From Bdellovibrio sp. (lineage in GTDB: Bacteria; Bdellovibrionota; Bdellovibrionia; Bdellovibrionales; Bdellovibrionaceae), in assembly GCA_046318155.1 (NCBI GenBank), contig JBKCUU010000128.1, positions 1 through 28,266 on the forward strand: DNA of 28,266 nt, read 5' to 3'. This document shows positions 16,638-26,188 of this stretch, one piece after another. Position 1 is the stretch's first letter, and every line of letters starts with the position of its first letter. Position numbers and translations under genes: made by a program. The notes beneath the pieces are model-generated. The model was not told the origin of the DNA. It made no database searches and was given only the letters and a program-made list of their open reading frames with translations.

Positions 16638-17324
16638 ATGACTAAATTACACCAAGGTCAACGTATTGTGGTTTTCGGGGCTTCTGGCGCCACTGGCCGA
16701 CTGATTCTCGAAGAACTTGCACAACTATCGGTCTCAATTACGGCTGTCGTGCGACCTGGAAGCGAAGGAACGATTTCCAGTTTTTCGGGAATAGAAATCG
16801 CCATAGGCTCACCCAACGATCTGACTTTTCTTAGACAAGTCATAAAAACTGGCGACATTATCATCAGTGCGCTTGGACAAAATCGGGCTACACGAAGCCC
16901 ATGGTCAGCAATGAAATCCCCGACGGACATCCTCGAAAGCTCGACGAGGGCAATCATGGAAGTAGCTGATTCCAAACAAGTCGACCGAGTCATATATTTG
17001 AGTGCCTACGGCGTGGGGAGCGATTGGCGTAAACTGCCTTGGTGGATGAGACTTGTCATCAATATGAGCAATGTCAAATATGCTTATAACGATCATGGAA
17101 AGGCCGAAGACATTATCTCGCGACACTCGACGGCCAGCACAATACTGAAGCCAGTTATGCTCGTGGATGGCAGCGACTACTGCGAGCCCATTGAAATGAA
17201 GCAAGGAGCCTCAACTCCAGCTCTTTCGAAAATAAACCGCAAGGCCATTGCAAAGTACATTGGTGCCGCAATTTTGAACGACCGCTTCCCGAAGTCTTCG
17301 CCCGTCGAATTGAGGGGACTATGA
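16638..17324 (+). CDS. NAD(P)H-binding oxidoreductase (atypical SDR / flavin-reductase-like)
   Basis: GGAGG SD before ATG 16638; IVVFGASGATG Rossmann motif; RVIYLSAYGVG; TILKP..L. Confidence 0.85.
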   Translation: MTKLHQGQRIVVFGASGATGRLILEELAQLSVSITAVVRPGSEGTISSFSGIEIAIGSPNDLTFLRQVIKTGDIIISALGQNRATRSPWSAMKSPTDILESSTRAIMEVADSKQVDRVIYLSAYGVGSDWRKLPWWMRLVINMSNVKYAYNDHGKAEDIISRHSTASTILKPVMLVDGSDYCEPIEMKQGASTPALSKINRKAIAKYIGAAILNDRFPKSSPVELRGL

Positions 17325-17965
17325 AGATCGACTCGCCTCATTTCCTGGCATTTGCGTTTGCAACACTTTTCGCTCTAAACGTAAGAGCTGGTTCGCCTGC
17401 TTGTCTGAACTCAGATGACGGGCTTGGCCCCTACTACCCACCGAAACCGATGGGATTACCATTTTATGGAGCCGTCCCCTTAAAAGGTCACGAATTAGCG
17501 ACAAATGATCTCAACCGCAATCCGCTCACCGGCGCTCAATCACAAATCGGGGAGATCACACAACTCATCGGAACGCTGGTAGATGAGAATGGGGCCCCCG
17601 TAGCGGGTGCCCTCGTCGAACTTTGGAATACAGCACCTTCAGGTTCTTATACTGTAGAGCGAAACGCTAAACATCTTGATCCAGGCTTTTTTGGATATGG
17701 GAAAACATTAAGTGATAGCAGAGGAGGATTTGAATTCAAAACGGTCCAGCCGTCCTCGTATACTAGATATGGCTTCTTGATTCGAAGGCCACCCCATTTC
17801 CATTTCAGAATTTCTCTCGCGGACATTAAGCCGATTGGTCTTGAAATAGAGGTCGCTCCCAAAACCTACAATATTGGTCCTTGTGAAAACAAGATCCATT
17901 TAGTTAAGACTGATGAGGGACATTTGGAGGGCCTACTTCGAATCGCTGTCAAGAAGTCACCGTGA
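17321..17965 (+). CDS. Intradiol ring-cleavage dioxygenase-like protein with signal peptide
   Basis: GPYY, VELW....G.Y, F.FKT..P..Y and RPPHFHF (Tyr/Tyr/His/His Fe-ligand pattern); N-terminal signal peptide; ATGA overlap with the upstream gene. Confidence 0.8.
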   Translation: MKIDSPHFLAFAFATLFALNVRAGSPACLNSDDGLGPYYPPKPMGLPFYGAVPLKGHELATNDLNRNPLTGAQSQIGEITQLIGTLVDENGAPVAGALVELWNTAPSGSYTVERNAKHLDPGFFGYGKTLSDSRGGFEFKTVQPSSYTRYGFLIRRPPHFHFRISLADIKPIGLEIEVAPKTYNIGPCENKIHLVKTDEGHLEGLLRIAVKKSP

Positions 17966-18360
17966 GCAAAGTTAGAAGGGGCCAGGGACTTGTTGTCCCT
18001 GTCGTGGATTTCAATAGCTGCGAGGCGAAAGGCCCCTGCGTAACAGCGTAGCGTGCGGCCTTTGTGTTACGTAAGTGCAAACTCGATCATTGCTTGGTTT
18101 TGCTGCAGAAGGAGCATCGAAAATGCGGACCTTCAAAACTCATGAGCCACCCTCTGTTTCATTTAGCTACGTCTCTATCGAAGGCTGGAAAATTGAAGTA
18201 GAAAAAGGGCACTTTGCTTTGTTCCGTCCGCCCTTGTTGCGGCGTTTTCTGAACGTCGCGGGTGAACTTAAATGAAATGAAATTTGAGTGGAGATCCCCA
18301 GAATACAGGTTGGCTAAACTTGGGCTCGTTTGGTCATCGCAAGGGCTCTTCAGGTCGAGT

Positions 18361-19227
18361 TTACGGACGCGCCAGCAGGCGCGGATCAAAATGCACGGTG
18401 AATGAATATTTTAAACGGATCAAGCCATCGTCTTGAACCATCTCGGCCGGGGGATTGGGGAAGTACCTGGCCTGCGTAAACGCCGCAACGGCCGCACGAT
18501 CAAACCCAGGGATACCAGACTCTTTCATGACCAAAACTTTTTGCAAATCTCCGCTGGGCTTGATGAGCACTTCAATTTGCGTGCTCCAGCGGCCCCTCGT
18601 GTTGGCCTGAAGCTTTTCTCTCTCGGTGGTGTCGATCGCGCGCTCAACCGCGCTCTCCCACCGGTAGCGGATCAACTGCTCAACCCGTGCGTAGAACGAG
18701 TAAAACAAATAGCGGTCGGTATTCAGAGACGTAAACGAGCCCACTTCCATCTCTTGCGGAAGACTTTCGCCAACGGTTGAAGATCCCCGCAGCGTGGGCA
18801 TGGGGATCTTGCGGGCCATGTTCTGCTGCTGAGCTTGGACCAGCAAATCGCCATTGGCGAGCTCGCGCTCAAGCTGGCTTTGCGGCCCTTGCTCTTTTTC
18901 TCGTGAAGGTTTCTGGTCGGTGGCGCCCGCACGGTTCTGGGTCATGCCGACATTGGCCGCACGGGTTTGCTTGCGCACCCGCTGAGTTTGGTTGGACCAA
19001 AAACGCAGGGGGTCCTCGGATTCATCGACCTTTTCCTTCTCGGGGACGGCGGCCTCACGCACAATCTGCTTGGCCTTATCCTGAGAAAGTTGTTGATCAG
19101 GATCCAGGATTTCGATCTGAACTGTCTCAGTTTGGAGCGGGGGAACTGGCGGCGCAAAAGCGATCAGCCACATCAGAAGGAAGTGGATGAAAACACTCAT
19201 AAATACAGAAAACATCGCCCGGTTCAT
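18361..19227 (-). CDS. TonB/TolA-family energy transducer
   Basis: N-terminal TM with SxxxH, Pro/charged linker, and C-terminal SG...FD.AAV.A.....FP.PP TonB-C domain. Confidence 0.85.
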   Translation of the reverse strand: MNRAMFSVFMSVFIHFLLMWLIAFAPPVPPLQTETVQIEILDPDQQLSQDKAKQIVREAAVPEKEKVDESEDPLRFWSNQTQRVRKQTRAANVGMTQNRAGATDQKPSREKEQGPQSQLERELANGDLLVQAQQQNMARKIPMPTLRGSSTVGESLPQEMEVGSFTSLNTDRYLFYSFYARVEQLIRYRWESAVERAIDTTEREKLQANTRGRWSTQIEVLIKPSGDLQKVLVMKESGIPGFDRAAVAAFTQARYFPNPPAEMVQDDGLIRLKYSFTVHFDPRLLARP

Positions 19228-19275
19228 ACCCGCCAGATTAGGCCTAGATCCAGGGCTTTGGCAAAGAAAAGGGCC

Positions 19276-19302
19276 TCAAGTTGAAACAATTTCTGCCGAT
19301 AG
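19276..19302 (+). promoter_or_regulatory. Putative sigma28 (FliA) promoter
   Basis: TCAAGTTG-N11-GCCGATAG versus consensus TAAAGTTT-N11-GCCGATAA, 25 bp upstream of the PilZ-like ATG. Confidence 0.7.
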
Positions 19303-19327
19303 AGGAAGTGTTCATCCGGGGGGATTA

Positions 19328-19837
19328 ATGAGCAATGTACTACCGTTTCGCACACGTCCAAGAATCGAAAACAGGGACATCCAGACGCACCAGGAAGACG
19401 CACAAGTTCTTGACGTTACCGAACGCATCCAGGCGGGCCAGGCCGATGAGCGCCGCCAAGTTAAGCGCGTCGTGCTCAATGAGTTTATCTCGGCCCACGT
19501 TTTTATTCAGGGGCGCGGCCTTTTGCGGATTGTCTTAAAAGACATTCACGACAAGGGCTTGGCGTTCGAGATCGATTCTCGCGAAGGGCAGTTTAGCAAA
19601 GCCGAGCTTCTTGAGGTTCGCTTTTATATGAATCACGAGACTTATTTTAAGTTCAATGTTCAAGTCATGCACGCGCAGACCAATGAAGACGATGCGACCG
19701 AGCGCCATGGTTGCCAGTTCGTCAAAGACACCATCAATGATGTTGCGCTTCATCATTTCATTGGATTTCTGCAAAACATTGCAGCGAGTTTGCGGACCGA
19801 TAAAGGCGACCGCACGGTTTCTAATATCTACTCGTAA
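19328..19837 (+). CDS. PilZ-domain-like protein
   Basis: RxxxR (ERRQVKR), degenerate D-x-S-x-x-G (DIHDKG), terminal HGCQF strand; G-rich SD. Confidence 0.7.
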   Translation: MSNVLPFRTRPRIENRDIQTHQEDAQVLDVTERIQAGQADERRQVKRVVLNEFISAHVFIQGRGLLRIVLKDIHDKGLAFEIDSREGQFSKAELLEVRFYMNHETYFKFNVQVMHAQTNEDDATERHGCQFVKDTINDVALHHFIGFLQNIAASLRTDKGDRTVSNIYS

Positions 19838-19914
19838 TCCTGTTCAAAATTTGTCTGACCTAGCCTTAAAACTGATAGACAAAGGTCTGGCCCTTCAGGT
19901 GTCATATCGAGAGG

Positions 19915-19977
19915 GCTGTCATCATGACAGTCTTTGCTGTCATCATGACAGTCTTTGCTGTCTTCAAGGCAGTTCCA
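19915..19977. repeat. 21-bp tandem repeat (two exact units plus one degenerate), each containing the palindrome CTGTCAT-C-ATGACAG
   Basis: GCTGTCATCATGACAGTCTTT at 19915 and 19936; degenerate unit at 19957. Confidence 0.85.
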
Positions 19978-19989
19978 TGAGGGGGCAAA

Positions 19990-21330
19990 TTGGCAAAAGT
20001 CGAACAACAAAATGGTGGCAAAGCGAAACGTCGTAAGATCGTTGTTGATACCAATGTCATTCTTTTTGACGCTTTGGCGATCACCAAATTTCAAGATGCT
20101 GATGTTCACATTCCAATTTCGGTGATCGAAGAAGTCGATCGTTTTAAACGTGATCCGGGTGAGAACGGCCGCAATGCGCGGCAGTTTAGCCGCTTCGTTG
20201 ATATGCTTCGCGAAAAGGGTTCGCTCGCCAGCGGCGTCGAGCTTGACGGCAAAGACACGATGATTTGGGTCAACACCGACTTCGCAGCGGCAGGTTTACC
20301 CGCCGAGCTCGACAGCCAAAAAGCGGACAACCGCATTTTGGCAACAGCGATGGCTTTGCAAAAACAATATCGCAGTTTCAAAGTTGAACTGATCACCAAA
20401 GATATCAATCTTCGGATTAAGGCTGACGTTGTTGGCGTCACGGCACGTGACTATGAACCTGAAGGCGTGACGAATGAAGACCTGTATGAAGGCTACCAAG
20501 AGCTGGAGCTCTCGCCCGAGCAGATCGATGGTTTTTACCGCGATAAGCGTTTGGTGACGGACGTCCGGTTGATCGCCAATCAGTACGTGATCATGAAAAA
20601 CAAAGCCAACCCCAACCACTCGGCCGTTGGACGCTACAGCCTTCAGGATAAGGCCATTGTGCCGCTTGTAGCAGGCACCAATGGAATTTGGGGCATTCAC
20701 GCTCGCAACGTCGAGCAATCGTTTGCTTTGGACTGCTTGCTGAACGACGAGATCTTGTTGGTCTCTCTTGTTGGAAAAGCCGGAACGGGTAAAACCTTGC
20801 TCGCGATCGCCGCGGGTCTGCACAAAACTTTAGATGAAGGTAAATTTCAGCGCTTGCTGGTGTCGCGTCCGATCTTTCCAATGGGCCGAGATATTGGTTA
20901 CCTTCCTGGCGACATCGAACAAAAACTGAATCCTTGGATGCAGCCGATTTTTGATAACGTTGAATTTTTGATGGGTGCTGATAAAAAAGCTGTCGGCCGC
21001 GCACAAGAGCTGATCAATCAAGGCATGCTTAACATCGAACCGCTCACCTATATTCGCGGACGCAGCATCCCGAAGCAGTACTTGATCGTCGATGAGGCGC
21101 AGAACTTAACACCGCACGAGATCAAAACGATTATTACGCGCGCAGGTTCAGGCACAAAAGTTATTTTGACAGGGGACATTTATCAGATTGATAACCCTTA
21201 TGTTGATTCGGCCAACTCCGGTTTGACGTATGCTGTAGAAAAATTCAAAGGGCATGCGATCGCCGGACATGTGACGTTAACCAAGGGTGAGCGTTCTGAG
21301 CTGGCCGAATTGGCCGCGAACGTTTTGTAG
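19990..21330 (+). CDS. PIN domain + PhoH-family ATPase (PhoH2/YlaK-like)
   Basis: VDTNV, ADNRIL, TKDINLR (PIN); GKAGTGKT, IGYLPG, YIRGRS, VDEAQN, GD..QID, RS.LA (PhoH); TTG start with GAGGGGG SD. Confidence 0.92.
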   Translation: MAKVEQQNGGKAKRRKIVVDTNVILFDALAITKFQDADVHIPISVIEEVDRFKRDPGENGRNARQFSRFVDMLREKGSLASGVELDGKDTMIWVNTDFAAAGLPAELDSQKADNRILATAMALQKQYRSFKVELITKDINLRIKADVVGVTARDYEPEGVTNEDLYEGYQELELSPEQIDGFYRDKRLVTDVRLIANQYVIMKNKANPNHSAVGRYSLQDKAIVPLVAGTNGIWGIHARNVEQSFALDCLLNDEILLVSLVGKAGTGKTLLAIAAGLHKTLDEGKFQRLLVSRPIFPMGRDIGYLPGDIEQKLNPWMQPIFDNVEFLMGADKKAVGRAQELINQGMLNIEPLTYIRGRSIPKQYLIVDEAQNLTPHEIKTIITRAGSGTKVILTGDIYQIDNPYVDSANSGLTYAVEKFKGHAIAGHVTLTKGERSELAELAANVL

Positions 21331-21377
21331 TTTTAGTTTGAGATCGATCGACTTCGTCGCTCGATGGTGAGGGGCCA

Positions 21378-21785
21378 GTGATGTCATTCAAAGTGGGCGA
21401 TACCAGATCCGTGACGGTGGAGATTACCGAAAAAATTGTTCAGCAATTTGCTGAGATGTCGGGAGACTTCAACCCCGTTCACATGGACGAGGAATACGCA
21501 AAAAAAACGAGGTTCGGACGACGGATTGCCCACGGCATGATTTCTGGCGCCTTGATTTCACGCGCCTTGGCGATGGAGCTAGGACCCGGCGGAGTTTACA
21601 TGTCCCAAACTCTTAAGTTTATGCAGCCCATTTTCATCGGTGACACCGTCACCATCGAGCTAAAAGTGGTCTCCATTCGTGCTGAACGTGGTTTTGTTTC
21701 AATCGAGACTCTGGTGAAGAAGCAGGCGACCGGCGAAACGGCGGTTAAAGGCGATGCCATGATCTTGATGCCTGAGTTCGTCTAG
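21378..21785 (+). CDS. MaoC/PhaJ-like hotdog dehydratase
   Basis: FA..SGDFNPVH.D..YA...FG..IAHGM motif. Confidence 0.9.
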   Translation: MMSFKVGDTRSVTVEITEKIVQQFAEMSGDFNPVHMDEEYAKKTRFGRRIAHGMISGALISRALAMELGPGGVYMSQTLKFMQPIFIGDTVTIELKVVSIRAERGFVSIETLVKKQATGETAVKGDAMILMPEFV

Positions 21786-21901
21786 GCGCGTCACCGCTCG
21801 GTTTTTACCTGGGTTTTCCTATTTATCTCGCGCTAAAAACAGGACAGACTGCACGTCTTCCGGTGCCCCCAGGGAGCCGGCTTCACCTCGCGAGGTTTTC
21901 A

Positions 21902-23638
21902 TTGAGCAACGACACCCTTCTTTCCGTCAAAAATCTATCGGTTGAATTTCAAACCGAGGACGAACTTGTTCGTGCGGTCAAAAATATTTCGTTCGATATT
22001 CCGCGCGGTAAAACGATTGGTCTTGTCGGTGAATCTGGATCTGGCAAAAGTATCACGTCGCTTGCCATCATGCGTTTGGTCGGCCACCCCGGACGCATCT
22101 CTTCAGGCAGCATCGAATTTCAGGGGCAAGATCTGCTCAACATTTCGGACAAAGCGATGCGCGCGATTCGCGGCGCTAAAATTTCCATGATCTTTCAAGA
22201 ACCCATGACCAGCCTTAACCCGGTCTTGACTGTTGCGGATCAAATCACCGAGACGATCCGTTTGCATCAAGGCCTCAATAAAACTGAGGCCCTTGCAAAA
22301 GCTTTGGAATTATTGAAAGAGGTGGGGATTCCAAACGCCGAAGAGCGGTTGTTTTATTACCCCCACAAATTTAGCGGTGGGCAGCGCCAGCGGATCATGA
22401 TCGCGATGGCCATTGCCTGTGATCCTGATTTGTTGATCGCGGACGAGCCCACGACCGCGCTTGATGTCACTATTCAAAAACAGATTCTGGATTTGCTCGC
22501 AAACTTGCAAAAGAAAAAGCAAATGAGCTTGCTGTTTATCACGCACGATTTGGGCGTGATCGCTGATATCGCCGATGAAGTCATTGTCATGAACAAAGGC
22601 GAAATCGTTGAGCGCAATGAGACCGTCGCGGTTTTTCAATCGCCCCAGCATCCTTACACCAAGGGTTTGCTCGCTTGCCGTCCCTCGCTCGCGGGCAACC
22701 CTGAACGCTTGCCTGTCTTGAGCGATTTTATGAACACCGACGGCACGGTGAAAGAATCGACCGGCCCCCGCGCTTCAACTGTTTCAAAAGCCGGCGCAAT
22801 TGCTGCTCGCGAAGGCACCCCTCTTTTAGAAGTTCGTGATTTGAAAGTTCACTTTGGTCACACCGGCGGCATGCTGGGACAAGTTCAAAGTTGGACCAAA
22901 GCCGTTGATGGCGTGAGCTTTGATGTTCCTCGCGGCCGCACGTTGGGTCTTGTGGGTGAATCCGGTTGCGGTAAAACCACCCTGGGCCGTACGTTGTTAC
23001 GGCTAATTGAGCCGACCTCGGGTCATTTGCGCTACGACGGCACCGATATCACCAAGCTTGGCCATGCCGACATGATGAGCTTTCGCAAAAAGATGCAGAT
23101 CGTTTTTCAAGATCCCTATTCGTCGCTCAATCCACGAATGACCGTGGGTGCAATGCTGACGGAGGCGATGCTTATTCACAATCTGGGTGCAAACGATGCT
23201 GAGCGCGCCGCCGTTGCTCGCGATATGATTGCCCGTGTGGGTTTGAGCCCGGCGATGTTTAACCGCTATCCGCACGAATTCTCGGGTGGACAACGGCAAC
23301 GGATTAGTATTGCACGAGCCTTAATGGTGCGGCCTGAGTTTATCGTTTGTGATGAGTCGGTTTCGGCGTTGGACGTTTCGGTCCAGGCGCAAATTTTGAA
23401 TTTGTTGCTCGACCTGCAAGATGAGTTTGGATTGACCTACATCTTTATCTCGCATGACTTGTCGGTGGTTCGCTTTATTTCGGATGAAGTGGCCGTAATG
23501 CTCGCGGGTCAAATTGTGGAGCGGGGTACGGCTGAAGGTATTTACCAGAATCCTCAGCACGAGTACACGCGCAAGCTCTTGAGCGCGATCCCCAAAGGCA
23601 TCCCTAAGCGGATGATGTCGGGCGAAGTGTCGCACTAA
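21902..23638 (+). CDS. Dual-domain oligopeptide/dipeptide ABC transporter ATP-binding protein
   Basis: Two NBDs (GESGSGKS and [16 protein letters not shown] twice, HPYT/HEYT); TTG 21902 preceded by GAGG. Confidence 0.92.
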   Translation: MSNDTLLSVKNLSVEFQTEDELVRAVKNISFDIPRGKTIGLVGESGSGKSITSLAIMRLVGHPGRISSGSIEFQGQDLLNISDKAMRAIRGAKISMIFQEPMTSLNPVLTVADQITETIRLHQGLNKTEALAKALELLKEVGIPNAEERLFYYPHKFSGGQRQRIMIAMAIACDPDLLIADEPTTALDVTIQKQILDLLANLQKKKQMSLLFITHDLGVIADIADEVIVMNKGEIVERNETVAVFQSPQHPYTKGLLACRPSLAGNPERLPVLSDFMNTDGTVKESTGPRASTVSKAGAIAAREGTPLLEVRDLKVHFGHTGGMLGQVQSWTKAVDGVSFDVPRGRTLGLVGESGCGKTTLGRTLLRLIEPTSGHLRYDGTDITKLGHADMMSFRKKMQIVFQDPYSSLNPRMTVGAMLTEAMLIHNLGANDAERAAVARDMIARVGLSPAMFNRYPHEFSGGQRQRISIARALMVRPEFIVCDESVSALDVSVQAQILNLLLDLQDEFGLTYIFISHDLSVVRFISDEVAVMLAGQIVERGTAEGIYQNPQHEYTRKLLSAIPKGIPKRMMSGEVSH

Positions 23639-23691
23639 GAATTTTTGCAGGGGTCCTACCGGAAATCGAGACGTACCAGGAGATTTCCTGT

Positions 23692-23723
23692 AAAAAAGAA
23701 AGCCGGCGTTTTTAAGAGCCGGC
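23692..23723 (-). terminator. Possible rho-independent terminator for the minus-strand gene
   Basis: GCCGGC-N10-GCCGGC followed on the minus strand by TTTCTTTTTT. Confidence 0.45.
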
Positions 23724-23759
23724 CACCTCGAGCAAGACATGATTGATCGGCCTCGAGGA

Positions 23760-24431
23760 CTATTGGACGCAAACTGATCCGTCTCCATTAGCACCCTGAA
23801 CAGTTGTTGTGCCAGCCGCGAAGAAAATACCGTGGGGATTGTCGCCACCGTAAGCGCCGAGGTAGGTGAGCTCACGGCCATCAGGTAGAGTTAAAGTGCC
23901 AAAGTTGACTTCATGGTCATCAGTACCATCGATGAGTTCATTGACATCTTCATTGCGGCCCTCACCCAAGAAAGCTTGGATTTGTTTTTCTTCAAGTGCG
24001 CTCATACGGTCGCCAACTTTGATGTCTTTCGTTTCAGCCCATGTGATGCCGGGGATTTCGGTCATCGAAGAGGGTCCTTCAGAACGAGAATAGCGGCAGA
24101 AGCTATCGTCATTTCGCTTCAGGGCGATTTTGCACTGAAGTGCATCTGACTTCAAAACTTTGGCACTGTACAAGATTGAGCGGCCATCAATAGGATCTTC
24201 GAGGCGCACGCTGACAGACGCGTGCTCTTTTGCGGGCCAATAGCTGAGTCCAATAGTAGACTCAAGCTCAGAGGCCAGAACTTCGCCGTCGGCGGCAAGC
24301 TTGGCCGTTTCCATTTGAAGAGCAGTCGCTTTTAAGGACGCTTCACATTGCTTTGTGAGGGTGACATCGCGGATGGCGCCGAATGAGATCGAGGCAGAAA
24401 GCGTCGCAGCTAGGAGGAGAGTTGTTTTCAT
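23760..24431 (-). CDS. Secreted hypothetical protein
   Basis: MKTTLLLAATLSASISFG signal peptide, AAAGGA SD, 4 Cys; no family recognised. Confidence 0.75.
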   Translation of the reverse strand: MKTTLLLAATLSASISFGAIRDVTLTKQCEASLKATALQMETAKLAADGEVLASELESTIGLSYWPAKEHASVSVRLEDPIDGRSILYSAKVLKSDALQCKIALKRNDDSFCRYSRSEGPSSMTEIPGITWAETKDIKVGDRMSALEEKQIQAFLGEGRNEDVNELIDGTDDHEVNFGTLTLPDGRELTYLGAYGGDNPHGIFFAAGTTTVQGANGDGSVCVQ

Positions 24432-24615
24432 AAAAAATCCTTTGTTCAGGTTTAGTTATCAGTTGGGGCCAATTCTTTATCGAATTGACATGCCGCCTTA
24501 TGGCGCAAATCCTGAACAATTAAAACATGAATGTTAACAAGTTATCATGTCTTTTACGCATGAACCAGAAACCTGAGTCTCCTGCCCCCTCTCGGCTAAA
24601 GTTTACAACAGTCGT

Positions 24616-25275
24616 TCAAAGTGCAGCTAGAATTTTGGTTTTGAGCTTCAAGGCAAACTCGTGACGGTCCACGGGGCCTCCGCCCAAGAGCTCCTGCAAG
24701 CTCACCATGGTCTCTTTGCTAAAGCCACAGGGCTTCATTCCCGTAAAAGCTTGCGGGTCTTGATCGAGGTTGATGGCGGCGCCGTGATAACTGACCCACT
24801 TGCGAACACCAATGCCCAAAGACGCGACCTTCTGCGGACCCACCCACACTCCAGTTTCGTCTTCTCCCGTGTCCGTCGCCGCTTTCTTTTGCAGACTGCG
24901 GCCCACGGCCGTGACGCCATAATCGGCTAATGTCGCGACGATCACGCTTTCGAGCGTCCGTAAATACCACGCGATATCGCGAGTCAGCTTACCCTTTCGA
25001 GCGAAAGACAGATTATAAATGGGATAAACAACTAATTGTGAAGGGCCGTGATAAGTGGCCCGGCCGCCGCGGCTAATTTCAAGGATGGGTCCCTGCCAGC
25101 CAAAGACATCGCCCGCTTGAGTCTTGCGGCCCAACGTGATGACGGCCGGGTGCGTGCAAAAAACCAAAACCCCGGCGCTTTGCTCGGCAGCCACCGTTTC
25201 GACCAACTCTTCTTGGCGCTTGAGCGCTTCTTGATAGTCGATCAATCCCCAATCTTGAAACTCCATGCGACTCAA
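24616..25275 (-). CDS. lipB: Lipoyl(octanoyl) transferase
   Basis: H..VITLG, RGGRATYHGPSQLVVYPI, TGVWV..KVASLGI, HG.AIN and PCG motifs. Confidence 0.93.
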   Translation of the reverse strand: MSRMEFQDWGLIDYQEALKRQEELVETVAAEQSAGVLVFCTHPAVITLGRKTQAGDVFGWQGPILEISRGGRATYHGPSQLVVYPIYNLSFARKGKLTRDIAWYLRTLESVIVATLADYGVTAVGRSLQKKAATDTGEDETGVWVGPQKVASLGIGVRKWVSYHGAAINLDQDPQAFTGMKPCGFSKETMVSLQELLGGGPVDRHEFALKLKTKILAAL

Positions 25276-25534
25276 ATTTGTTGCTCCTCTGGCCCTGAGA
25301 AATCAACGTTTTCCGGGCCCGCCAAAGTGACAATTGACGGCTCAAAACCGAAAATGAACCTTCTCTTGGATTTTATCAAGCAGAGACCGATCAAAAGTTC
25401 ATCGATTTTGCGGCGCTGGTGTCAGAATCATTACAGGCGAAATTAATTTTGCGACCTGTTATTTTCATCAAGTGCAAAAATAATTTTGAATGAAGAAAGC
25501 CTTCAAAGGAGTCTTCGTTTTCAAAGGAGTAAAT

Positions 25535-26038
25535 ATGAAAAAGATTTTTCTAGTCAGCGCGATTGTTTGGGCTGCGTTAGCTGTTCCGGCTCAGGCGAAG
25601 GCGCAAGCCAAGTTTCGCTTGGAATGCTCGCTCTATAATACAACAAGAGCCGACAGCCTCTTAATCGTGAAGTGGCCCATGGAAATTTTGCGTGAAGATC
25701 GTGAGCTCATGGGCGTGGATGCAACGGCATCAGAAACGATCCAGATCAATAAACGCCTGAAAGTAAACGTTCAGATCACCCTCATCGACCGAAAGTCCCG
25801 AGCCGTGAATATGGTCACGGACTTTCAGTTGCAAGCTGCTAATCAGGATCCTTATGGAACAATCAATGTCCGCACCGACGACCGCAATGGACAAACCGCT
25901 TCAGGTGCTCAGCGGATCGTTCGACTCCCGCTCACTCGGTCGGTCGAATTCTCTTACCCGTTCACGGATGGGGAGGATGCGGACAGCATTCAGAATCCCG
26001 CAAAGTACCCCTCTATTTTTGAGGTCAGTTGTCGCTAA
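25535..26038 (+). CDS. Secreted hypothetical protein
   Basis: AAAGGAG SD, MKKIFLV...AQA signal peptide, N- and C-terminal Cys pair. Confidence 0.75.
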   Translation: MKKIFLVSAIVWAALAVPAQAKAQAKFRLECSLYNTTRADSLLIVKWPMEILREDRELMGVDATASETIQINKRLKVNVQITLIDRKSRAVNMVTDFQLQAANQDPYGTINVRTDDRNGQTASGAQRIVRLPLTRSVEFSYPFTDGEDADSIQNPAKYPSIFEVSCR

Positions 26039-26188
26039 AACAGTTTCACAAGTTGATCGGTTTTGCGCAGAGGGTTTCGGAATCATGAGAGACAAAATTG
26101 ATTTTGCGAACCTTCGTTTGATCCAAGTGTAAAAGAACTTTAATAACAAAGCTCTCACGCAAGTGAGCATAACGACTTAGGAGTCTAT

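Noticed and set aside
18020..18075. HDV-like ribozyme
   Set aside because: P1/P2 crossing is similar, but there is no room for P1.1/P4 or the catalytic J4/2 cytosine.
18075..18275. 66-aa ORF as a real gene
   Set aside because: No recognisable motif, and the SD is poorly spaced; cannot be supported.
15343..18504. 13-bp direct repeat CCGCACGATCAAA (15343 and 18492) as att sites for the islet
   Set aside because: The right copy lies inside the intact TonB CDS, no displaced TonB 3' end is present on the left, and there is no integrase; probably chance.
21343..21365. Short hairpin ATCGATCGAC-TTC-GTCGCTCGAT between phoH and maoC
   Set aside because: Single copy, no U-tract, and not clearly related to the 26-bp family.
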